IMG/VR virus record: IMGVR_UViG_3300027971_000028
Location: 1 to 64,000 of that record
Strand: one strand, 5' to 3'
DNA: 64,000 nucleotides
Source of the DNA: a virus
Both the position numbers and the translations under genes were made by a program. The notes below the pieces were generated by a model. It saw nothing but the letters and a program-made list of their open reading frames with translations, was not told where the DNA came from and did no database searches. Below, in pieces: positions 24,261 through 33,109 of this stretch (position 1 is its first letter; the number at the start of each line of letters is the position of its first letter).

Positions 24261-24712
24261 ACGTAGAAAAACCAGAACTAGTTAATGCTTTAGCAGTATC
24301 ACTTAGTGATGCTGTAGTGCTTTCTCATAAAGTACAAGGCGCTCATTGGAATGTTATGGGGCCTAATTTTCCAGAGTTTCATGAGTTCTTTGGTGAGATA
24401 TATGAAGACATTGATGGATCTATAGATCCTTTTGCTGAAAACATAAGAAAACTTGGAGCTGTATCTCCATCCCGTTTGTTTGAGTTCGCACGTATGTCAA
24501 ACGTTGAAGATACTGAAGTTGGATATATGTGCTTAGATCTTACTAACGATATTCTTATTGCTAATGCTGTAATGCTTAATGGGTTAAGAAGAGCATTTGA
24601 TATAGCAAATCAAGCAAATGAGCAAGGCATTGCAAACTTTATTGCAGAGCGTATTGATATGCATGCAAAGTGGGATTGGCAGTTAAAAGCAACTACTTAC
24701 CAAGGAATGTAA
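24257..24712 (+). CDS. dps: Dps/ferritin-like protein
   Basis: HWNVMGPNFPEFHEFFGEIYE...DPFAENIRKLG ferroxidase signature. Confidence 0.92.
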   Translation: MNVEKPELVNALAVSLSDAVVLSHKVQGAHWNVMGPNFPEFHEFFGEIYEDIDGSIDPFAENIRKLGAVSPSRLFEFARMSNVEDTEVGYMCLDLTNDILIANAVMLNGLRRAFDIANQANEQGIANFIAERIDMHAKWDWQLKATTYQGM

Positions 24713-24721
24713 ATAACAAAA

Positions 24722-25756
24722 ATGGCAAAGCAGTGGGCGCCCTCTAACTGGGCAAAAGAAGGTAGTAAGGATTATGTTCCTGTAACTACCTCTATTTCTG
24801 CTGCCGCTGGTTCAAAACCTGCCCCTAAAAAAGATCAAATAAAAGGCTCAAATAAAAACTCTAAAGGATCTGCATCAGGTTCTCGCAAAGTTGTTTTTTC
24901 TAAAGCAGTAGAGAACTCTCTTAAAGAGAAAGTCTCTAATCATAACGAGAAAAGTCCTAAAGGAAGAAGAGCAACTTTAGGTATGTTAAAAGCAGTTTAT
25001 CGTCGTGGCGCTGGAGCATTTTCTGTTTCTCATCGTCCTGGTATGAACCGTAATCAGTGGGCAATGGGAAGAGTAAATGCTTTTCTAAAACTACTTAAGT
25101 CTGGCAGACCAACAAATGCTGCTTATAAGTCAGACAATGATTTGCTACCATCTTCTCATCCTCGTAGCACTAAAAAATCAAACTCTATTACTGCAGCAGG
25201 TTTAGTTCCTGAAGAACAAGATTTAGCAAATGCATTGATTGAGATCTCGCAGAAGTATGGAAAATTTAATGAAGACGAAGAAGGTATTTGGGCAGGCTAC
25301 ACGCCGCCAGCGGAAAATGAAGTTGCTTCTATTGGTGTTACTTGCGCCAATTGCGTTCTATATGCTGGGGGTTCGAATTGTAAAATCATTGCTCTCCCAG
25401 TTGAGCCAACAGGAAAATGTAGATTTGCCGTAATACCTGACGGAGTTGTTAATGTAGAAGGCAGTAAAAATCTAACTGAAGTAAAAGATGAATTAGATGA
25501 GTACGTAATAGATCAAGAGTTAAATGTTCTACTAAAGAACAAAGAAGATTATGAAACTGTAGAAGATGCAATTTTTGCTATGACTGAGTATCTAGGTTAT
25601 GGATATGAAGCAGAGCCTGCAATTAGAGCAAGTTGGTTAAGAGCAGTTAAAAATGGAGAAGATCCATTCTTAAGAGCATCACTTCTTGCTTCACTAGGAA
25701 AAGGTAGTTTAGATGCAGATTTGCTTCCAGTACTAGAAGAGGAGGATCAAGCATGA
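24722..25756 (+). CDS. Two-domain head-associated protein (VYRRG...HRP...QWA..RVN domain plus Cys-rich domain)
   Basis: First domain recalls DUF5824-type proteins; second has CANC...C...C (HiPIP-like spacing). Confidence 0.6.
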   Translation: MAKQWAPSNWAKEGSKDYVPVTTSISAAAGSKPAPKKDQIKGSNKNSKGSASGSRKVVFSKAVENSLKEKVSNHNEKSPKGRRATLGMLKAVYRRGAGAFSVSHRPGMNRNQWAMGRVNAFLKLLKSGRPTNAAYKSDNDLLPSSHPRSTKKSNSITAAGLVPEEQDLANALIEISQKYGKFNEDEEGIWAGYTPPAENEVASIGVTCANCVLYAGGSNCKIIALPVEPTGKCRFAVIPDGVVNVEGSKNLTEVKDELDEYVIDQELNVLLKNKEDYETVEDAIFAMTEYLGYGYEAEPAIRASWLRAVKNGEDPFLRASLLASLGKGSLDADLLPVLEEEDQA

Positions 25757-28700
25757 GTAGAATAAGAAGAATTAGTTATGCCATCACTCCTGAAGGTCGT
25801 CGTGCTGTTGCTATTAAGCAAGCAGTAGATTTAAGAGATAAAGTTTTGTCAGTTGTAGATAATGCTAATTTTTCAACATCTACTGCAAGAAAGATTACTA
25901 AAAAAGCTGCTTTTTCTGTAGTTATGCGCTCTCTAGAAGAGAGCAAAGGATTGCCACTATCTCTTCGCGAGCACTTAGCAATGAAAGAACTTAATAAGTA
26001 CATATCACTTGCTAAACATAATAAAAGTGATTTCTTCTACGCAACTAATACAGATTTATTACCAATCTCTCACCCACGCTCAACTCGCGAGCATTCAATG
26101 ACTGCTAGTGCATTAAGAATTGCACGCTCTCGTTGGTTTGCTGCTGATCCAAGGATTACAGATGAAAGAGCAAAAGCAGTTCTTGCTTCAGCATTTGAAT
26201 CAATACCAGGATCTGTAGAGCATCTTTACTACACTTCAATATTACTTTCACTTCCTCAAGGAATGATTCCAGGCGAGGCTTTAATTGCAGCATCTGATGG
26301 AAACTCTTTTGAGTCACGTAGTGCTCGTGCTAGACGTCAACGTCGTGATCGTAAAGGAAGATTTGCTTATGAAGGTGGAGGTATTCGTGCTCTTATTCGT
26401 CGTCTTGACGGAAATGTATTTAGTCTTAGTGGAAGAGTAGTTGCCAACGCTAAAAATAGTAAAGATGTAGAAGTAGAGTTTCCAGATGGAAAAATCGCTG
26501 AAATAAATCCTGCTAAAGGTGAATATATAAAAGCAGTTCTACCTACTCCAAATGGCTACTCTCCTGAACCTATAATTCCAAGTGTAACTGATGAAGTTAT
26601 AAATGAAAAAGATTTAGTATTTCTTGATGCCCCTAACGGCTGGGAAAAAGATGAAAAATATAAAGAGTTTGGCGATAAAGTAGAGAGATATGTAGATTCT
26701 GATAAAGAGTTTGTAGTTTTTGTCTCTAAACAAGATGATGGAACAAAAGATTATCAAATACTAAATGCTAAGTCTGCTGAACAAATTGCTGTAGTTAAGA
26801 ACTGGGCAGATGTTCAAGATAAATTAGAAGGAAATGAAGATAAACTATTAAATCCAAAAGCAAATCTTCCATTTAGACAAGGCTTAATTCCTGCTGAAGA
26901 TAGACCAGGGCCAAATGCATATGAGCGCCTTATGGCTGAGAAAAAAGATAAAGAAAATGCCATTGCAAATCGTAAAGCAGAGTTAAAGAAGAATGCTGAT
27001 GACAGAGTAGATGCTTTAGATCGCACCGTCCCCGAGGGTTGGGATATTGAAGAGAAAAACAATGCTCTTATGTTACGCAGAGCCACAGAGCCAGCAGACT
27101 TAGAGAACGTTTATAAGCAAGATAACTTTGTAGCAAGAGTTATAGAGCAAGGTGATATCTCAGTTAAAGATGCAAACAATCTTTTAAAAGACAAGGTTTA
27201 TCAGAACTGGGCTTATGTAGATAAAGAAAAAGATGCTAGAGCCACGGAGTATGCTCAAAAGGCTCGTGAAGAGATTAAAAACTTTGCTCCTGCTTATGGA
27301 TACAAAGAAGAAGATTTAAAAAAGATTGATTCAATGTCCGCTGATGAAATTGCTAGTTTCTTTTTAGATGAAAAACTTCAACCAGAAGGATTTGCTAGTG
27401 CATTAGATGACTATATGAATTCAGCTATGGTAGATGCTCCATCTAAGCAACAAGAAGAAAAGTGGAATAGTTTTGGTAAAAAATTAAAGATTATAAATGA
27501 CGCTGGAGATTTTCCTGGTAATAATAAAAAGAAGGCTGAGTTACCTAAGCAACCAGATGCTCCAGTTGAAACTAAAGGTGGCTTTGAATTTAACTACCCA
27601 GCGGGGGCGTATAAAATTAAGCAAGGTTCTGCATATGATCCTCAAGGGCGCGTAGATGAAGATAGTCCAGACTTTACAGATGACCCTATTGAACTTGCTC
27701 AAAAGCAAGATGAAAGAGACATACTTGCTGCATTAGAGCAAGCAGTTTCTCCAGGAGAAAACGGGGAGAATGCTTTAGGAGTAGGAGCTCTTCCTTTTGC
27801 TAAAGGCGATGAGTTTGTTCCTGCTGAAGCACTTTTCTTTGCTTTAGAAGAAGCAGGAATTGATGCTCCTATGGAGTTAGCAAAGATTTATGATAAAAAA
27901 CTTGGTGCTGATAATAACGAAAAAGCATTAAATGATTTTAGAAAGAAAGCAGAGATTGTTTCTGGTAATACTCCAGAACTTGCCGAGTCATTTAAAAAAG
28001 TTACAGAACAAAATCCTGATTTAGAGCCTCCTACTCAAGAGCCAAAGTTTGATGCTAAAGAAATGGATTTGGTTCCACTTCCTCCGCTTCTAGAAGGTCT
28101 TAGCCAAAAAGAGTTAGATCAATTTAATGAGACAAAAGATCACATTCCATACTTACCTAAGAATGAAGAAATTCAAATGCCAGAAGGTTATAACCCTCTT
28201 AGCCCAGAGCCATTTGCAGCATGGAAAGAAGTAACTGCAGAAAATCCTGATGCAATTCTTCCTGAAGGCTTCTCAGACAATCCTGTTTTCTTAGCACAAG
28301 AGATTTCTACAAATGATTTGTTAAAAGAATTACGTCGATCTGTAGAACCAGGCAATGAGGTTCCAGGCGCTGCTGTAATAGCACTTCCTACAGATGATGG
28401 AGAAGACTTTGTTGCAAACGTACCAGGAGAAGCAGTTAGAGATGCTCTTCAACTTAAAGGAATTGACACTAACGCTGAATTAAAGAAGATTGCTGAAGAA
28501 GGATTAATCGGTCAAGTAGATGAGGCACCTGTAGCAGAACTTCCTGCTGATGATGCCATACGTCTTGTTGTTGATGGAGATGTTCCACTAGAGACTCAGA
28601 TTAGAGATGCAATTGCTGCTAAAAAGAAAATTGCATTCTTATACAATGGAACTGAGCGTTTAGTTCTTCCTGTAGAAGTTTTTGAAAATCCTAGAAACTC

Positions 28701-31700
28701 AAATGTAAATGTAAGAGCAATTGATGCAAAGGGAGACAAAAGAACATTTACTCTTAGCAAGATTGAGAACAGTAAAGAAGGTTCACCAGCGGGTACCCCC
28801 GAAATTACCGATAAAGAAATTTTTGATCGCCGCATGGCTGGAGAGTCATTACAAGATATTGCAGATGCTACAGGCATCCCTCGTGAAGAGATTCGTGCAA
28901 GAGAGGCTAAGTATGCTCGTGAGAACCCAGAAGCAAAGCCAGAGGCAGTTGTTGGAGACTACAAACCTACTGCTGATCAAATAGATAAACTTCAAAAGGG
29001 TGTTGCAGAGATGGATTGGCTAGATAACGGAATTATGTTCCTAAAGCCTGATGATGGTGGTCCTCGCGCAGAAGCACCTATTGAGATTTATGACGATAAT
29101 GGTTTACCAGAAGATGGCCCATTTGCAAAGATTGATTCAAATGGAAACTTTGAATGGAAAGATCAAGGAGCATACGATAAATATGCTGATCGCTTAAAAG
29201 AAATTCTAGATGCTGACTTAGCAGGTATCGGCAATAATCAAGATAACCAACAACCAAAAGAAATTGATAACGTGCCCGTCGAGCAGGCAAAACTTGATGA
29301 TAATCAAGAGCCAAAAGATAAAAAATATGTAGAAGAGAACCCTGAAGTAATCAAGGTGAATGCTTTTGTTGAAGCAAATGCTGGACGTCTTGCTCCTACT
29401 AAAGCAAGAGATGTAAAAACTGGTGATTTCTTATGGAATAACTTTAATAAAGTATATGAAGAGATTCTTGATATTCAACCAGCACCTTTTGGTCGAGTTA
29501 GGTTTTTAATTAAAGATCCAAGAAATCAAAAAGAGTATTTCCGTTTCTTTGATCGTCGCTCTCCTATTCGTAATATGCGTCGTCTTGGTACTGGAGAGGT
29601 GCCTGAAGATTTTAGAGTTCCGCCAGAAGAGAATAAGGGCGATGGACCAAAGCGTGGTCGCGCTTTAAGACAACCACTAGAAAAAAGAGTTGAAGTAGTT
29701 GCTGGGCGTGATGTAGGAGGATTTGCATACAGAGAAGGCTTCTATAAAGATAAAAATGGAATTGTTTTAAAACCTGGCGATAGAGTTCGTCATGGAAATG
29801 CAAAAAAGAATGAGATGTATGGCGAGGGTGTAGTTCTTGTTCGCGCTGGAGATCAGATTGATGAAGCCAAAAAGGTTGGTGGAATTGGTCGTAACGGAAA
29901 AGTTTATAAAGACTACGTATGGGTACAACTACCAGGTGAAGATGGTCCACGTTTGTGGAAATCAAGAATGATTGTCAGACAAGGAGATAACGCAGGTCCT
30001 GCTCGCGTTGCACCTGAGGCTAGAGATGTTGCACCTGATGCTCCTAAGATAGAGATCCCTAAAGCAGAGCCAATAGCAGAAAAAGTTCCTGACGCTGCTG
30101 ATATGAATGAAGAACTTATTCAAAAAGAACTTAAGAAGATTAGAGTTAAGTATCTCCCTAAAGCCAGAGATTATAAAGCAAATGATGAAGTCCGTGGTGC
30201 TGGTAAAAAACTAGACGAGGTAGTTAATAAATTAAATGCTGGAGAAAAAATAGAAGATCTTTCTACATCTCCTCTAGATTCAGCAATTCGTAAATTACGT
30301 AGAGTTAGGGATCTAGAGAATAACCCTAATGCGTTAGTTCTTGCTGACTATATAGAAAACTTCAAGAAAGAAATAGAAAAATATAAAGATGAGAAAGATA
30401 AAGAAAGACGTGCTGAGTTTGAAAGAATATTAAATGAGCCAATACCAGATGATTTAATCCCAGCAAACGTAGATGCTCTTGATGAAGAAAAAATTAAAGA
30501 GGCTGTAAAAGTAATTTCTATAAAACTTCCTAAGTGGAATGAGAGAGGCGCTAATCGCAAAGCAAGTGAGGCTGCCTACTACTTAGAGAGATTTGCTAAA
30601 GAAATGGATCAAGGTCAAGTAATTGAAGGAATTGACCCTGCTGATCTACTTCAGGTATCTACATACTTAAAAGACTCAGGGGATGCTAGATACGAGTCTT
30701 TGGGAGATAAGATAGATCAACTTAACGAACTTATCAAACAAAGACAAATTGCCAATGAGAAGCCTTTTGCTAAAGCAAATATGGAGTTTATTGATCCTGT
30801 TGCTGAAGCAGAAAAAAGAGTTAATAATAAAGATAATGAGTTTAATGCTTCTGAAAAACTACGATCTGCTTTTGCTTCAGATGAGATCTATCAACAAAAC
30901 TCTTATTTAAATCCTCATAAAGATCAATTAAAAGAATTTTTTGCTCTTGAAGGCGGGGCCTCTTTAGCAAAACTAGACCAAAAGGCTCGTCAGGCTTTGG
31001 CTCAATATGTAAGTCAAGAGATTAGAAATCCTGATGGCATGCAAGGTGCTGATGACGCTGAGACAGCAAAGAACATAAATGAAATTGCTACTTTAGTAAA
31101 AGCACTTCACGATGAAAAGATGGTTTACAGCCCAAATAGATCTAACATTGGACCAGCAGATGCTTTACTAAATATAGATCCTACAAAGATTTTAAATTTT
31201 GGAAAAACTCTTGATTCAGGAGTTCGTAAGAAGTTAGTTATAGATGGAAACGACACTGGGTTTGATATTCAAAGAGTTTCTCAAGGTATAAATAGCGGTA
31301 GCAACTTTAGACTTATACATAGACAAAGTGGTCAGGTTGTTTACTTTAAGAGAGAAAAAACAGAAGGAGCAGCTGATGCAGAGTATGTTTCTTCAAAGAT
31401 AGCCCAATCTCTAGGTATTGCAGGTGCAGCATATGTTCAAAAGCATCCAAACGATTCTAGAACAGTTCTTATTACAAATGCTGGAGATGGAATAGATTTT
31501 AAGAATAAGCCAGTACTATTTGATAACTTCCCTGGTAAATCTTCAACCGAGACTATTGCTAAGAGAGCTGCTCTTGCTGATGTGATTGGTTTAGCAGTTC
31601 TTGATGCTGTTATTTATAATACTGATAGACACGTACAAAACTTCTTAGCAGGAGTCGTTGACAATAAAGGCGTAGATAAAAATGGTTATGAAGAAATTCA

Positions 31701-32019
31701 ACTTTTACCAATTGATCACGGATACGCTCAACTTCTAAATGGTGGTGGTAGTAGAAGTGTTACAGATCCATTTACCCACATGAAGGGCAGAGATGCTCGT
31801 ACAGGTGGAGAGATCAATAAAGCAGTGGCTAAGCAAATTGGAGCAACTGCATATAAAGAATTAATAGACATGACCTCTCAACAAGCGATACAAGCACTGA
31901 AAAGAATGTATGGTTCTGACATTAGTAAAGCAACTTTAGATGAGGTAATTACTCGTCTGGAGGATCTACGGGGAATAAGTAAAGAAAAATGGCGTACTGG
32001 TTTAGCGGGAAGGAACTAG
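25753..32019 (+). CDS. 2088-aa multidomain protein: WYL domain, HTH, SH3/KOW-like modules, C-terminal HipA/PI3K-like kinase
   Basis: WYL-like IRDAIAAKKKIAFLY..ERLVLP...RTFTLSKI (28588-28770); HTH (28801-28914); kinase YFK, AEYVSSKIA, NTDRHVQN, IDHG. Confidence 0.85.
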   Translation: MSRIRRISYAITPEGRRAVAIKQAVDLRDKVLSVVDNANFSTSTARKITKKAAFSVVMRSLEESKGLPLSLREHLAMKELNKYISLAKHNKSDFFYATNTDLLPISHPRSTREHSMTASALRIARSRWFAADPRITDERAKAVLASAFESIPGSVEHLYYTSILLSLPQGMIPGEALIAASDGNSFESRSARARRQRRDRKGRFAYEGGGIRALIRRLDGNVFSLSGRVVANAKNSKDVEVEFPDGKIAEINPAKGEYIKAVLPTPNGYSPEPIIPSVTDEVINEKDLVFLDAPNGWEKDEKYKEFGDKVERYVDSDKEFVVFVSKQDDGTKDYQILNAKSAEQIAVVKNWADVQDKLEGNEDKLLNPKANLPFRQGLIPAEDRPGPNAYERLMAEKKDKENAIANRKAELKKNADDRVDALDRTVPEGWDIEEKNNALMLRRATEPADLENVYKQDNFVARVIEQGDISVKDANNLLKDKVYQNWAYVDKEKDARATEYAQKAREEIKNFAPAYGYKEEDLKKIDSMSADEIASFFLDEKLQPEGFASALDDYMNSAMVDAPSKQQEEKWNSFGKKLKIINDAGDFPGNNKKKAELPKQPDAPVETKGGFEFNYPAGAYKIKQGSAYDPQGRVDEDSPDFTDDPIELAQKQDERDILAALEQAVSPGENGENALGVGALPFAKGDEFVPAEALFFALEEAGIDAPMELAKIYDKKLGADNNEKALNDFRKKAEIVSGNTPELAESFKKVTEQNPDLEPPTQEPKFDAKEMDLVPLPPLLEGLSQKELDQFNETKDHIPYLPKNEEIQMPEGYNPLSPEPFAAWKEVTAENPDAILPEGFSDNPVFLAQEISTNDLLKELRRSVEPGNEVPGAAVIALPTDDGEDFVANVPGEAVRDALQLKGIDTNAELKKIAEEGLIGQVDEAPVAELPADDAIRLVVDGDVPLETQIRDAIAAKKKIAFLYNGTERLVLPVEVFENPRNSNVNVRAIDAKGDKRTFTLSKIENSKEGSPAGTPEITDKEIFDRRMAGESLQDIADATGIPREEIRAREAKYARENPEAKPEAVVGDYKPTADQIDKLQKGVAEMDWLDNGIMFLKPDDGGPRAEAPIEIYDDNGLPEDGPFAKIDSNGNFEWKDQGAYDKYADRLKEILDADLAGIGNNQDNQQPKEIDNVPVEQAKLDDNQEPKDKKYVEENPEVIKVNAFVEANAGRLAPTKARDVKTGDFLWNNFNKVYEEILDIQPAPFGRVRFLIKDPRNQKEYFRFFDRRSPIRNMRRLGTGEVPEDFRVPPEENKGDGPKRGRALRQPLEKRVEVVAGRDVGGFAYREGFYKDKNGIVLKPGDRVRHGNAKKNEMYGEGVVLVRAGDQIDEAKKVGGIGRNGKVYKDYVWVQLPGEDGPRLWKSRMIVRQGDNAGPARVAPEARDVAPDAPKIEIPKAEPIAEKVPDAADMNEELIQKELKKIRVKYLPKARDYKANDEVRGAGKKLDEVVNKLNAGEKIEDLSTSPLDSAIRKLRRVRDLENNPNALVLADYIENFKKEIEKYKDEKDKERRAEFERILNEPIPDDLIPANVDALDEEKIKEAVKVISIKLPKWNERGANRKASEAAYYLERFAKEMDQGQVIEGIDPADLLQVSTYLKDSGDARYESLGDKIDQLNELIKQRQIANEKPFAKANMEFIDPVAEAEKRVNNKDNEFNASEKLRSAFASDEIYQQNSYLNPHKDQLKEFFALEGGASLAKLDQKARQALAQYVSQEIRNPDGMQGADDAETAKNINEIATLVKALHDEKMVYSPNRSNIGPADALLNIDPTKILNFGKTLDSGVRKKLVIDGNDTGFDIQRVSQGINSGSNFRLIHRQSGQVVYFKREKTEGAADAEYVSSKIAQSLGIAGAAYVQKHPNDSRTVLITNAGDGIDFKNKPVLFDNFPGKSSTETIAKRAALADVIGLAVLDAVIYNTDRHVQNFLAGVVDNKGVDKNGYEEIQLLPIDHGYAQLLNGGGSRSVTDPFTHMKGRDARTGGEINKAVAKQIGATAYKELIDMTSQQAIQALKRMYGSDISKATLDEVITRLEDLRGISKEKWRTGLAGRN

Positions 32020-32028
32020 GAGATAAAA

Positions 32029-32805
32029 ATGGCTATAGAAATATTTAGAGCATACGTAAACTCTGACCTGCCTATTCAAGATGGAGATCATATATTTTCC
32101 ATTATTGCTTCTGATGCTGATGTTGCTTTTGCTGCACCACAAGAAGTTATAGATTCATACGGTCTTACTCAAGAAAGAATTGATATGGCAAAAAATTTAT
32201 ACACTGCTTCTGATGTAGAACTACCTACAACACCAACGGACTGGGCGATACTGGCTTCAACAAATATGAGTCAAATTTCTGTTATTCCTTTTGATGTATC
32301 AGAGCCTTACGACACTATTGAGCAAGCAGTTACTGATGAGACTAGTGATGCTCAAGATGCGTTAGAGATAAGAAATGAAAATCAATCAGTAGAACCTGTA
32401 ACTGCTGCTGTATCAGATGCTTGTCCTCCTGCAACACAAGATATACCAACTAACCTTGCAAACCGCGAGAAGGCAATTAAAGATGCTGCTTATGGCCCAC
32501 TAAATCCAGCAGAACCAAATGAAGAATTCTGGCAAGAAAAAGCAACACGCTGGTCTGTAACAATAGATGAAGCAAAGAAGTCACGTTGCGGAAACTGCGT
32601 AATGTTTATTAGAACTACTAAAATGAAAGACTGCATTGCTCAAGGCATTGAGCAAGGTGGATCAAGTGAAAATAACGCTTGGGATGCTGTAGATGCTGCT
32701 GAACTTGGTTACTGCGAAGCATTTGATTTTAAATGCGCCGCTTCCAGGACTTGTAACGCTTGGGTTGCAGGTGGTCCAATTGATGACTCTAAGGCAAAGG
32801 AGTAG
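32029..32805 (+). CDS. Protein with C-terminal Cys-rich domain
   Basis: CPPATQD...RCGNCVMF...GYCEAFDFKCAASRTCNAW. Confidence 0.75.
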   Translation: MAIEIFRAYVNSDLPIQDGDHIFSIIASDADVAFAAPQEVIDSYGLTQERIDMAKNLYTASDVELPTTPTDWAILASTNMSQISVIPFDVSEPYDTIEQAVTDETSDAQDALEIRNENQSVEPVTAAVSDACPPATQDIPTNLANREKAIKDAAYGPLNPAEPNEEFWQEKATRWSVTIDEAKKSRCGNCVMFIRTTKMKDCIAQGIEQGGSSENNAWDAVDAAELGYCEAFDFKCAASRTCNAWVAGGPIDDSKAKE

Positions 32806-32807
32806 TT

Positions 32808-33092
32808 ATGGCTTTCACACCAGATAAACCAGAAAACATTTCAGATTTGTATGCACTGATTGATACAGAATTTGATGAGGTAGTAGTAGTAATTTACGAG
32901 TCAGATGAAGGCACTTTCTACAGACAGAATGGTGACTGGATTGAGCTATCTGACGAGGATGACCACTTTGATTTTGATGGTTTAATGGTCATATATGTTG
33001 ACCCCGCCTTTATAGCCGTATACGACGAAGCCGAAGGTTCCAGCGAGGCTATTGGAATAAACGAACTAAAAGAGTACGAGTCAGCGAAGTAA
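32808..33092 (+). CDS. Small acidic hypothetical protein
   Basis: ORF track; AAGGAG SD. Confidence 0.75.
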   Translation: MAFTPDKPENISDLYALIDTEFDEVVVVIYESDEGTFYRQNGDWIELSDEDDHFDFDGLMVIYVDPAFIAVYDEAEGSSEAIGINELKEYESAK

Positions 33093-33109
33093 AAGAGACG
33101 GAGTTTAAG

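Noticed and set aside
29390-29490. Intein/Hint domain in the 2088-aa protein (ARDVKTGDFL)
   Set aside because: No N-terminal Cys/Ser block and no C-terminal His-Asn; better explained as an SH3/KOW-like barrel
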